Positions 10,033 through 16,422 of a DNA stretch of 16,422 nt are shown here, one piece after another (position 1 is the first letter of the stretch; every line of letters begins with the position of its first letter). Where the stretch lies: IMG/VR virus record IMGVR_UViG_2877285697_000001, positions 1-16,422 of that record; one strand, 5' to 3'. Both the position numbers and the translations under genes were made by a program. This DNA is from a virus (lineage: Duplodnaviria > Heunggongvirae > Uroviricota > Caudoviricetes). The notes under the pieces are model-generated. The model searched no databases, was not told where the DNA came from, and saw only the letters and a list, made by a program, of their open reading frames with translations.

Positions 10033-10725
10033 ATGAAAAAAGAAACTCTTGCTGATCGCTTAAACCTAGCGATGGAACAATCTGGAATGTCTCAAGGCGC
10101 TCTTGCAAAGGCGTCTGGCGTAGCTCAACCCACAATCTGGAGACTGACAAGCGGCAACGCGCGCGGCTCAACAAAAATTGTTGAAATAGCTAATGCATTG
10201 GGGGTTCGAACAGAATGGCTCTCATCAGGCATAGGCCCGATGAGAAATGACGGTCAACAATCAGGGAAGCCTGCTGTCAGCCATTCAAAATACTTCAAGA
10301 TTGACGTTCTTGATATAGAAGTCAGTGCCGGGCCGGGTGTAATCAACCGTGAGTTTGTAGAAGTTCTACGCTCGGTTGAGTACTCGTTTGACGATGCTCG
10401 TCACATGTTCGATGGCAGGAAGGCGGAAAATATCCGCATCATTAACGTGCGTGGTGACAGCATGTCAGGAACGATCGAACCAGGTGATCTTCTGTTCGTT
10501 GATATCACGGTTAAATCTTTCGACGGTGATGGTATCTATGCGTTTCTGTATGACGACACAGCCCATGTAAAGCGCCTGCAAATGATGAAGGATAAGCTGC
10601 TGGTTATCTCTGATAACAAGAGCTACTCACCGTGGGACCCGATCGAGAAAGACGAGATGAACCGGGTATTCATCTTCGGGAAAGTCATCGGAAGCATGCC
10701 GCAGACGTATAGGAAGCATGGGTAG
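10033..10725 (+). CDS. CI-like prophage repressor, N-terminal HTH plus C-terminal S24 (LexA-like) autopeptidase (230 aa)
   Basis: MKKETLADRLNLAMEQSGMSQGALAKASGVAQPTIWRL... HTH; C-terminal ...RGDSMSGTIEPGDLLFVD...HVKRLQ... Ser/Lys dyad motifs; ATG 10033 chosen inside track ORF 9997-10725. Confidence 0.85.
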   Translation: MKKETLADRLNLAMEQSGMSQGALAKASGVAQPTIWRLTSGNARGSTKIVEIANALGVRTEWLSSGIGPMRNDGQQSGKPAVSHSKYFKIDVLDIEVSAGPGVINREFVEVLRSVEYSFDDARHMFDGRKAENIRIINVRGDSMSGTIEPGDLLFVDITVKSFDGDGIYAFLYDDTAHVKRLQMMKDKLLVISDNKSYSPWDPIEKDEMNRVFIFGKVIGSMPQTYRKHG

Positions 10726-10836
10726 TGAAGGACGTGTCAACTCTATTTTGTAAGCTATCCAGACTCACAGTTGCAGATCGACGAGTAACTTACATACAGC
10801 ACAAAAAAACAATATGCGCGTGCTTTTAGACTAGAC

Positions 10837-10851
10837 TTACCATAATGGTAA
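10837..10851. promoter_or_regulatory. Perfect 15-bp palindrome TTACCATAATGGTAA overlapping the first ATG of the toxin gene
   Basis: Exact dyad symmetry (7-1-7) read directly from the sequence. Confidence 0.35.
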
Positions 10852-11255
10852 CAAGTATGATTCTTAGCAGATATGTGGGAACTCCTCCCCGTGATGGCGA
10901 GGACAGAAAGATTCAAGGTGGTCCGCTTTATTTAGATATCATTGATTTGATTGATGAATGTGACACACTGCCTTGGACCAGACGGTGTATCAGGGATGTT
11001 CAATCGCTTTCTTTAGATGCAGATGACATCAAATCTATGGTGATAAAAGCAGTCACTAAAGGGAGATTTCTAGGTTCAGAATGGTGTCAAGGCAGTAAAC
11101 CAGGTGTATGGGCAGCTTGTGATGCTTATAGCTTTGAGCACTCATTTTGGTGCCAAGCTATGCATAAAGAACTTAATAACGAGTTCTACATTAAATTTTT
11201 TGTAAACATTACTGGCAATGTAGTGCTTACAGTATCTCTTCATCTCTCTAATTGA
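10845..11255 (+). CDS. MqsR-like toxin (putative mRNA interferase); start may instead be ATG 10857
   Basis: Blocks shared with recalled E. coli MqsR: ...TRR...LSLD, DDIKSM (MqsR SDFYKSM), EFYIKFFVNITGNVVLTVSL (MqsR QVYLKITVIHDVLIVSF); toxin gene precedes antitoxin as in mqsRA. Confidence 0.6.
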   Translation: MVTSMILSRYVGTPPRDGEDRKIQGGPLYLDIIDLIDECDTLPWTRRCIRDVQSLSLDADDIKSMVIKAVTKGRFLGSEWCQGSKPGVWAACDAYSFEHSFWCQAMHKELNNEFYIKFFVNITGNVVLTVSLHLSN

Positions 11256-11279
11256 GTGATGATAAATGAGGATTTTTAT

Positions 11280-11867
11280 ATGAGAAACAACAACATATGT
11301 CCAGTTTGTGGTGTAGGTCATCTCACCGTGGAGATGGAGTATGATGATGTTACTTATAAAGGGGAAACAAAAAATCTCCCAATAAGGTTTTCTGTGTGTG
11401 ATCAATGTGGTTCGGAAACTGCCACACCAGTCGATTTACGAGAAAACAAACGAATTTTCAATGAATACAAAAAGTCTATCGATGGACTTTTAACAGGAAA
11501 AGAATTAAAAAAAATTAGAACTGAAGTATGGATGATAACCCAGCAAAAGGCATCCTCTATATTTGGTGGGGGGCCTAAGGCATTTTCCAAGTATGAATCT
11601 GATGATGTCATTCAATCAGAAGCAATGGATAAACTGATGCGTTTAGCAGCAGAAGTTCCTGATGCATTCAAAAGGTTACGGGAATTATCTGGCGAAATCA
11701 AAGTTGAAAGAACAGTCTCATCATCTAAATCTTTACCTATATGGAAATCTGAAGCAAAAGCACAATTTGAAAACGATGATCAGGGATTTGACAGCAAATC
11801 ACCAGCCCAAACAAAAATGAATCAAACATCAATAAAGATAAAAACTGTTGCTAAGCGGGTAGCATGA
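11280..11867 (+). CDS. MqsA-like antitoxin (zinc-ribbon plus XRE-type HTH) with about 60-aa C-terminal extension (195 aa)
   Basis: MRNNNICPVCGVGHL...CDQCGSE zinc ribbon; LTGKELKKIRTEVWMITQQKASSIFGGGPKAFSKYE matches the recalled MqsA HTH block (IFGGGVNAFSRYE); GAGGA 7 nt upstream of ATG 11280; canonical MqsA is about 131 aa. Confidence 0.75.
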   Translation: MRNNNICPVCGVGHLTVEMEYDDVTYKGETKNLPIRFSVCDQCGSETATPVDLRENKRIFNEYKKSIDGLLTGKELKKIRTEVWMITQQKASSIFGGGPKAFSKYESDDVIQSEAMDKLMRLAAEVPDAFKRLRELSGEIKVERTVSSSKSLPIWKSEAKAQFENDDQGFDSKSPAQTKMNQTSIKIKTVAKRVA

Positions 11868-12367
11868 TGAATGAACTTCTTAGATCAGCAATAGACGCAT
11901 TATCAATAATGCATATCAATATCAGAGAATCTAACTTTGCTTTTTCTGAAGGGTATAATAGCTTTAACTTCAACAGCATAAATAAGCAAACACAATCATT
12001 TCGTAAGATAAAAAAAATCGAAGCTATTGAATTAGTAAGTGACGATGACTCATTAAAAAATGAGCTATATTACTCTTTTCACTACTCAGTTGGGCTTAGA
12101 TTTATTGCAAAATCCGAAGAAACATCTAAAGACGAAAATGATGTTGATACAATTTTTTCTATAGAAGCAATTTTTGAGGCGATATATCGCTCAAAGAGAG
12201 AATTATCTAAAGAAGAGTTAGAAGAATTTGCTAAGCAAAATGTAGGTTTTAATGTATGGCCTTTTTGGCGAGAGTATGTTCAAAACAGCACATCCAGAAT
12301 GGGAATTACTACAATAGCTATACCATTCTTTAAATTCAATAAATCAGACATACCTTCATTAGATTAA
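11864..12367 (+). CDS. SecB-like chaperone (167 aa), translationally coupled to the antitoxin (ATGA overlap)
   Basis: N-terminal LSIMHINIRESNFAFS versus SecB FQIQRIYTKDISFEAP; C-terminal TIFSIEAIF and NVWPFWREYVQNSTSRMG...IPFFKF versus SecB GGIFSIAGIE and NILFPYARECITSMVSRG...APVNF (E. coli SecB from recollection). Confidence 0.55.
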   Translation: MMNELLRSAIDALSIMHINIRESNFAFSEGYNSFNFNSINKQTQSFRKIKKIEAIELVSDDDSLKNELYYSFHYSVGLRFIAKSEETSKDENDVDTIFSIEAIFEAIYRSKRELSKEELEEFAKQNVGFNVWPFWREYVQNSTSRMGITTIAIPFFKFNKSDIPSLD

Positions 12368-12381
12368 ATTCAAATATAACT

Positions 12382-12408
12382 CCCGGCTACCGTGCCGGGT
12401 TTTCTTTT
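12382..12408 (+). terminator. Rho-independent terminator ending the repressor/TAC transcription unit
   Basis: CCCGGC-taccgt-GCCGGG stem-loop followed by TTTTCTTTT, 15 nt after the chaperone stop. Confidence 0.65.
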
Positions 12409-12549
12409 GTCCCCTCCCCTCATCACACACCGTTCAAAAAACCACCACGACCTCACTTCAGTTATCGCTATGCGATGCAAGTCACAAAATTAATTCTTTT
12501 TGCTATCAAACATTTAATATCAAAACACATCAACTAATAGCAGTGAGTA

Positions 12550-12578
12550 TTGGTATCACCAATAGCAATAGCTATTAT
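12550..12578 (+). promoter_or_regulatory. pL-like promoter with embedded operator dyads, reading toward gam-bet-exo
   Basis: -35 TTGGTA (12550-12555), 17-bp spacer, -10 TATTAT (12573-12578); dyads TTGGT-atc-ACCAA (12550-12562) and AATAGC-aata-GCTATT (12561-12576); the latter resembles the oR dyad at 9956-9971 and overlaps the -10 in the same way. Confidence 0.45.
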
Positions 12579-12771
12579 CACCATATCGCAACAACACAAC
12601 GATACGGCAACCACCTGATTCACCGTTGCGATGACCGCTTAGATCCGCAGCTTGAATTTCAGCAGGCTTCGGGGAGTGCGAGGGATGAAACGGACGCGTG
12701 AACGTCGGTGTGACCAGCTGAAATCAACTCAACATTTCATACCTTAGTCGCTTCAACGAGGCGGCTTAGTT

Positions 12772-13062
12772 ATGACAACCGGCGGCCATCCACCGCCTGA
12801 ATACGCGCAGAAGTCTTTATATGTTCAGCAGCCCAGCTTACGGGCAGGAGTTTTTATGGTTCATCAACATTACGGAACGCAGACCGTTAATCGCGGTGCG
12901 GTCATGCCAGGAATGCTGGTCAAACGCAAAGATGGTACCTGGACTGCATCAGCTAATTTACGCGGACGACTTTATCTGCATCGCGGCATTGAGCGCACTT
13001 ATACCCGTGACTTGCTCGTGGAAGTTTTTCTCGACGGACGCGGCAACGGTCTGAATCACTAA
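12772..13062 (+). CDS. Hypothetical protein in the kil position (start uncertain: 12772, 12856 or 12904)
   Basis: ORF ends at TAA 13060-13062 inside the TCACTAA motif that I recall as the lambda kil stop overlapping the long gam leader; protein unlike lambda Kil. Confidence 0.4.
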   Translation: MTTGGHPPPEYAQKSLYVQQPSLRAGVFMVHQHYGTQTVNRGAVMPGMLVKRKDGTWTASANLRGRLYLHRGIERTYTRDLLVEVFLDGRGNGLNH

Positions 13063-13137
13063 TCCCCTTTCCTGTTTTCCGAATCAGCCTGGCATTCCGC
13101 GGGCGATTTTTTCACAGCCATTTTCAGGAGTTCAGCC

Positions 13138-13434
13138 ATGAACGCTTATTACATTCAGGATCGTCTTGAGGCTCAGAGCTGGGCGCGTCACTACCAGCAG
13201 ATCGCCCGTGAAGAGAAAGAGGCAGAACTGGCAGACGACATGGAAAAAGGCCTGCCCCAGCACCTGTTTGAATCGCTATGCATCGATCATTTGCAACGCC
13301 ACGGGGCCAGCAAAAAAGCCATTACCCGTGCGTTTGATGACGATGTTGAGTTTCAGGAGCGCATGGCAGAACACATCCGGTACATGGTTGAAACCATTGC
13401 TCACCATCAGGTTGATATTGATTCAGAGGTATAA
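13138..13434 (+). CDS. gam: Gam (short form GamS, 98 aa), RecBCD inhibitor
   Basis: [56 protein letters not shown]..., near-identical to recalled lambda Gam; AGGAG 7 nt upstream. Confidence 0.9.
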   Translation: MNAYYIQDRLEAQSWARHYQQIAREEKEAELADDMEKGLPQHLFESLCIDHLQRHGASKKAITRAFDDDVEFQERMAEHIRYMVETIAHHQVDIDSEV

Positions 13435-13439
13435 AACGG

Positions 13440-14225
13440 ATGAGTACAGCACTCGCAACGCTGGCTGGGAAGCTGGCTGAACGTGTCGGCATGGATTCTG
13501 TCGACCCACAGGAACTGATCACCACTCTTCGCCAGACGGCATTTAAAGGCGATGCCAGCGATGCGCAGTTCATCGCATTGTTGATCGTCGCCAACCAGTA
13601 CGGCCTTAATCCGTGGACGAAAGAAATTTACGCCTTCCCTGACAAGCAGAACGGCATCGTTCCGGTGGTGGGCGTTGATGGCTGGTCCCGTATCATCAAT
13701 GAAAACCAGCAGTTTGATGGCATGGACTTTGAGCAGGACAATGAATCCTGCACATGCCGGATTTACCGCAAGGACCGTAATCATCCGATCTGCGTTACCG
13801 AGTGGATGGATGAATGCCGCCGCGAACCATTCAAAACCCGCGAAGGCAGAGAAATCACGGGGCCGTGGCAGTCGCATCCCAAACGGATGTTACGTCATAA
13901 AGCCATGATTCAGTGTGCCCGTCTGGCCTTCGGATTTGCTGGTATCTATGACAAGGATGAAGCCGAGCGCATTGTCGAAAATACCGCATACACTGCAGAA
14001 CGTCAGCCGGAACGCGACATCACTCCGGTTAACGATGAAACCATGCAGGAGATTAACACTCTGCTGATTGCCCTGGATAAAAAATGGGATGACGACTTAT
14101 TGCCGCTCTGTTCCCAGATATTTCGCCGCGACATTCGCGCATCGTCAGAACTGACACAGGTCGAAGCAGTGAAAGCTCTCGGATTCCTGAAACAGAAAGC
14201 CACTGAGCAGAAGGTGGCAGCATGA
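13440..14225 (+). CDS. bet: Bet (Red-beta) single-strand annealing protein (261 aa)
   Basis: [72 protein letters not shown]..., near-identical to recalled lambda Bet. Confidence 0.95.
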   Translation: MSTALATLAGKLAERVGMDSVDPQELITTLRQTAFKGDASDAQFIALLIVANQYGLNPWTKEIYAFPDKQNGIVPVVGVDGWSRIINENQQFDGMDFEQDNESCTCRIYRKDRNHPICVTEWMDECRREPFKTREGREITGPWQSHPKRMLRHKAMIQCARLAFGFAGIYDKDEAERIVENTAYTAERQPERDITPVNDETMQEINTLLIALDKKWDDDLLPLCSQIFRRDIRASSELTQVEAVKALGFLKQKATEQKVAA

Positions 14226-14902
14226 CACCGGACATTATCCTGCAGCGTACCGGGATCGATGTGAGAGCTGTCGAACAGGGGGATGATGCGTGGCACAAAT
14301 TACGGCTCGGCGTCATCACCGCTTCAGAAGTTCACAACGTGATAGCAAAACCCCGCTCCGGAAAGAAGTGGCCTGACATGAAAATGTCCTACTTCCACAC
14401 CCTGCTTGCCGAGGTTTGCACCGGTGTGGCTCCGGAAGTTAACGCTAAAGCACTGGCCTGGGGAAAACAGTACGAGAACGACGCCAGAACCCTGTTTGAG
14501 TTCACTTCCGGCGTGAATGTTATTGAATCCCCGATCATCTATCGCGACGAAAGTATGCGCACCGCCTGCTCTCCCGATGGTTTATGCAGTGATGGCAACG
14601 GCCTTGAACTGAAATGCCCGTTTACCTCCCGGGATTTCATGAAGTTCCGGCTCGGTGGTTTCGAGGCCATAAAATCGGCTTACATGGCCCAGGTGCAGTA
14701 CAGCATGTGGGTGGCACGAAAAGATGCCTGGTACTTTGCCAACTATGACCCGCGGATGAAGCGTGAAGGCCTGCATTATGTCGTGATTGAGCAGGATGAA
14801 AAGTACATGGCGAGTTTTGACGAGATGGTGCCGGAGTTCATCGAAAAAATGGACGAGGCACTGGCTGAAATTGGTTTTGTATTTGGGGAGCAATGGCGAT
14901 GA
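14222..14902 (+). CDS. exo: Exo (Red-alpha) 5'-3' exonuclease (226 aa)
   Basis: [68 protein letters not shown]...; ATGA overlap with bet as in lambda. Confidence 0.95.
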   Translation: MTPDIILQRTGIDVRAVEQGDDAWHKLRLGVITASEVHNVIAKPRSGKKWPDMKMSYFHTLLAEVCTGVAPEVNAKALAWGKQYENDARTLFEFTSGVNVIESPIIYRDESMRTACSPDGLCSDGNGLELKCPFTSRDFMKFRLGGFEAIKSAYMAQVQYSMWVARKDAWYFANYDPRMKREGLHYVVIEQDEKYMASFDEMVPEFIEKMDEALAEIGFVFGEQWR

Positions 14903-15081
14903 AGCATCCTCACGATAATATCCGGGTAGGCGCGATCACTTTCGTCTACTCCGTTACAAAGCGAGGCTGGGTATTTCCCGGCCTTTCTGTTACCCGAAAT
15001 CCCCTGAAAGCACAGCGGCTGGCTGAGGAGATAAATAATAAACGGGGAGCTGTATGCACAAAGCATCTCCTGTTGAGTTAA
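14893..15081 (+). CDS. Lambda orf60a-like small protein (62 aa)
   Basis: [33 protein letters not shown]..., position immediately after exo as in lambda. Confidence 0.65.
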   Translation: MAMKHPHDNIRVGAITFVYSVTKRGWVFPGLSVTRNPLKAQRLAEEINNKRGAVCTKHLLLS

Positions 15082-15245
15082 GAACGAGCATTGAGATGGC
15101 ACATAGCCTCGCTCAAATTGGAGTCAGGTTTGTGCCAATACCAGTAGAAACAGACGAAGAATTTCATACGTTAGCCGCATCCCTTTCACAAAAGCTGGAA
15201 ATGATGGTGGCGAAAGCAGAAGCAGATGAGAGAGACCAGGTATGA
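15054..15245 (+). CDS. Lambda orf63-like small protein (63 aa)
   Basis: Track [66 protein letters not shown]; position and size as lambda orf63. Confidence 0.55.
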   Translation: MHKASPVELRTSIEMAHSLAQIGVRFVPIPVETDEEFHTLAASLSQKLEMMVAKAEADERDQV

Positions 15246-15321
15246 CAACCACTGAATGCATTTTTCTGGTAGCGGGCTTCATATTCTGTGTGCTTATGCT
15301 TGCCGACATGGGACTTGTTCA

Positions 15322-15537
15322 ATGACACCTCAGCAAGAAAACGCCCTTCGCAGTATTGCCCGTCAGGCTAATTCTGAAATCAAAAAAGCCAGACAGCAGT
15401 TTCCGGATAAAAACGTCGATGACATTTGCCGTAGCGTACTGAAGAAGCACCGCGAAACGGTAACGCTGATGGGATTCACACCGACTCATTTAAGCCTGGC
15501 GATCGGCATGTTAAACGGCGTCTTTAAGGAACGGTGA
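15322..15537 (+). CDS. Lambda orf61-like small protein
   Basis: MTPQQENALRSIARQANSEIKKARQQFPDKNVDDICRSVLKKHRETVTLMGFTPTHLSLAIGMLNGVFKER from ATG 15322 inside track ORF 15256-15537. Confidence 0.55.
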   Translation: MTPQQENALRSIARQANSEIKKARQQFPDKNVDDICRSVLKKHRETVTLMGFTPTHLSLAIGMLNGVFKER

Positions 15538-15559
15538 GCATGAAAAACAAAATCATCAT

Positions 15560-15583
15560 GGAGCTACAGGCTCCTTTTTTATT
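15560..15583 (+). terminator. Candidate intrinsic terminator after the orf61-like gene
   Basis: GGAGC-tacag-GCTCC followed by TTTTTTATT. Confidence 0.45.
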
Positions 15584-15635
15584 ATTCGCATTCACCCTCA
15601 AGCGTATTAACCAACAATTCAGGGATTAATGAAAG

Positions 15636-15669
15636 ATGGCAGACATCATTGATTCAGCATCAGAAATTG
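15636..15669 (+). pseudogene. 5' stub (MADIIDSASEI...) of a gene interrupted by IS1; by position possibly the lambda ea22 equivalent
   Basis: ATG at 15636, 11 codons, then the frame enters the IS1 left end at 15670. Confidence 0.3.
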
Positions 15670-15724
15670 GGTAATGCTGCCAACTTACTGATTTAGTGTA
15701 TGATGGTGATTTTAAGGTGCTTGC

Positions 15725-16000
15725 GTGGCTTCCATTTCCATCAGATGTCCTTCCTGCTCCGCTACTGAAGGCGTGGTGCGTAACGGCAAAAGCACTGCCG
15801 GACATCAGCGCTATCTCTGCTCTCATTGCCGTAAAACATGGCAACTACAGTTCACTTACACCGCCTCTCAGCCCGGTACGCACCAGAAAATCATTGATAT
15901 GGCCATGAATGGCGTCGGATGTCGCGCCAGTGCACGCATTATGGGCGTTGGCCTCAACACGGTTTTACGTCACTTAAAAAACTCAGGCCGCAGTCGGTAA
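15725..16000 (+). CDS. insA: IS1 InsA
   Basis: Identical 91-aa translation to 8888-9163. Confidence 0.95.
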   Translation: MASISIRCPSCSATEGVVRNGKSTAGHQRYLCSHCRKTWQLQFTYTASQPGTHQKIIDMAMNGVGCRASARIMGVGLNTVLRHLKNSGRSR

Positions 16001-16422
16001 CCTCGCGCATACAACCGGGCAGTGATGTGATTGTCTGCGCTGAAATGGACGAACAGTGGGGCTACGTCGGTGCTAAATCACGTCAGCGCTGGCTGTTTTA
16101 CGCGTATGACAGGATACGGAGGACGGTTGTGGCGCACGTCTTCGGTGAACGCACTCTGGCCACACTGGAGCGTCTTCTGAGCCTGCTGTCGGCCTTTGAG
16201 GTCGTGGTATGGATGACGGATGGCTGGCCGCTGTATGAATCACGCCTGAAGGGAAAGCTGCACGTTATCAGCAAGCGTTACACTCAGCGCATTGAGCGAC
16301 ATAATCTGAATCTGAGACAACATCTGGCAAGGCTGGGACGGAAGTCACTGTCGTTCTCAAAATCGGTGGAGCTGCATGACAAGGTCATCGGGCATTATCT
16401 GAACATAAAACACTATCAGTAA
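15919..16422 (+). CDS. insB: IS1 InsB reading frame
   Basis: Identical 167-aa translation to 9082-9585; stop TAA at the window end. Confidence 0.9.
   Translation: MSRQCTHYGRWPQHGFTSLKKLRPQSVTSRIQPGSDVIVCAEMDEQWGYVGAKSRQRWLFYAYDRIRRTVVAHVFGERTLATLERLLSLLSAFEVVVWMTDGWPLYESRLKGKLHVISKRYTQRIERHNLNLRQHLARLGRKSLSFSKSVELHDKVIGHYLNIKHYQ

Larger units (their letters stand above)
15670..16422 (+). mobile_element. IS1, second copy in the same orientation as 8833-9600, cut by the window end about 15 bp before its right terminus
   Basis: Left end GGTAATGCTGCCAACTTACTGAT at 15670; insA and insB translations identical to the first copy. Confidence 0.95.

Noticed and set aside
10376-11611. ORFs 10376-10570 (plus), 11142-11405 and 11402-11611 (minus)
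   Set aside because: Alternate-frame or antisense ORFs inside the repressor and TAC genes; expected by chance, especially in AT-rich DNA.
10033-12367. Calling the genes downstream of cI rexA/rexB
   Set aside because: Position matches the lambda rex slot but the proteins show MqsR/MqsA/SecB-like features and no resemblance to RexA/RexB; only the positional analogy is retained.
12685-12747. Arginine-rich mini-ORF as a functional N antiterminator gene
   Set aside because: Only 20 codons before TAG and no N-like C-terminal region; kept only as a possible remnant, not as a gene.
12821-13054. 77-aa alternate-frame ORF in the kil position
   Set aside because: Overlaps ORF 12772-13062; the latter ends exactly at the conserved TCACTAA stop position, so it was preferred, though neither is verified.
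13166-15309. Antisense and alternate-frame ORFs within gam, bet, exo and the orf60a/orf63 region (13166-13480, 13322-13594, 13407-13877, 13675-13908, 14003-14296, 14053-14319, 14582-14893, 14776-15102, 15124-15309)
   Set aside because: The sense-strand genes are near-identical to well-characterised lambda proteins; the overlapping ORFs have no support.

Overview
Mosaic, IS-riddled prophage region of an Escherichia/Shigella-type chromosome. All calls come from reading the sequence and from recalled protein families; no database search was run. Left part (368-4408): a DLP12-like lambdoid nin/late segment (fragment of the gene upstream of ninE, ninE, ybcO, rusA, ylcG, Q antiterminator quuD, the porin nmpC on the opposite strand, holin essD, endolysin rrrD truncated), bracketed by two inverted IS600 copies (1-367 and 4409-5672). 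Middle (5738-9600): IS911 with an amber codon in orfB, an orphan island of three minus-strand genes (HNH-nuclease-like protein, 107-aa hypothetical, 3' fragment of a large serine recombinase), then IS1. Right part (9601-15669): a lambda-like immunity and recombination region in inverted lambda orientation: cro-like gene, divergent CI-like S24 repressor, an AT-rich three-gene cassette, an intrinsic terminator, a pL-like promoter/operator, a gene in the kil position, gam-bet-exo and orf60a/orf63/orf61-like genes, ending at a second IS1 (15670-16422). The most interesting candidate is the three-gene cassette in the slot lambda uses for rexAB: I read it as a toxin-antitoxin-chaperone (TAC) module (MqsR-like toxin, MqsA-like antitoxin with a C-terminal extension, SecB-like chaperone), a plausible prophage-encoded defence system.
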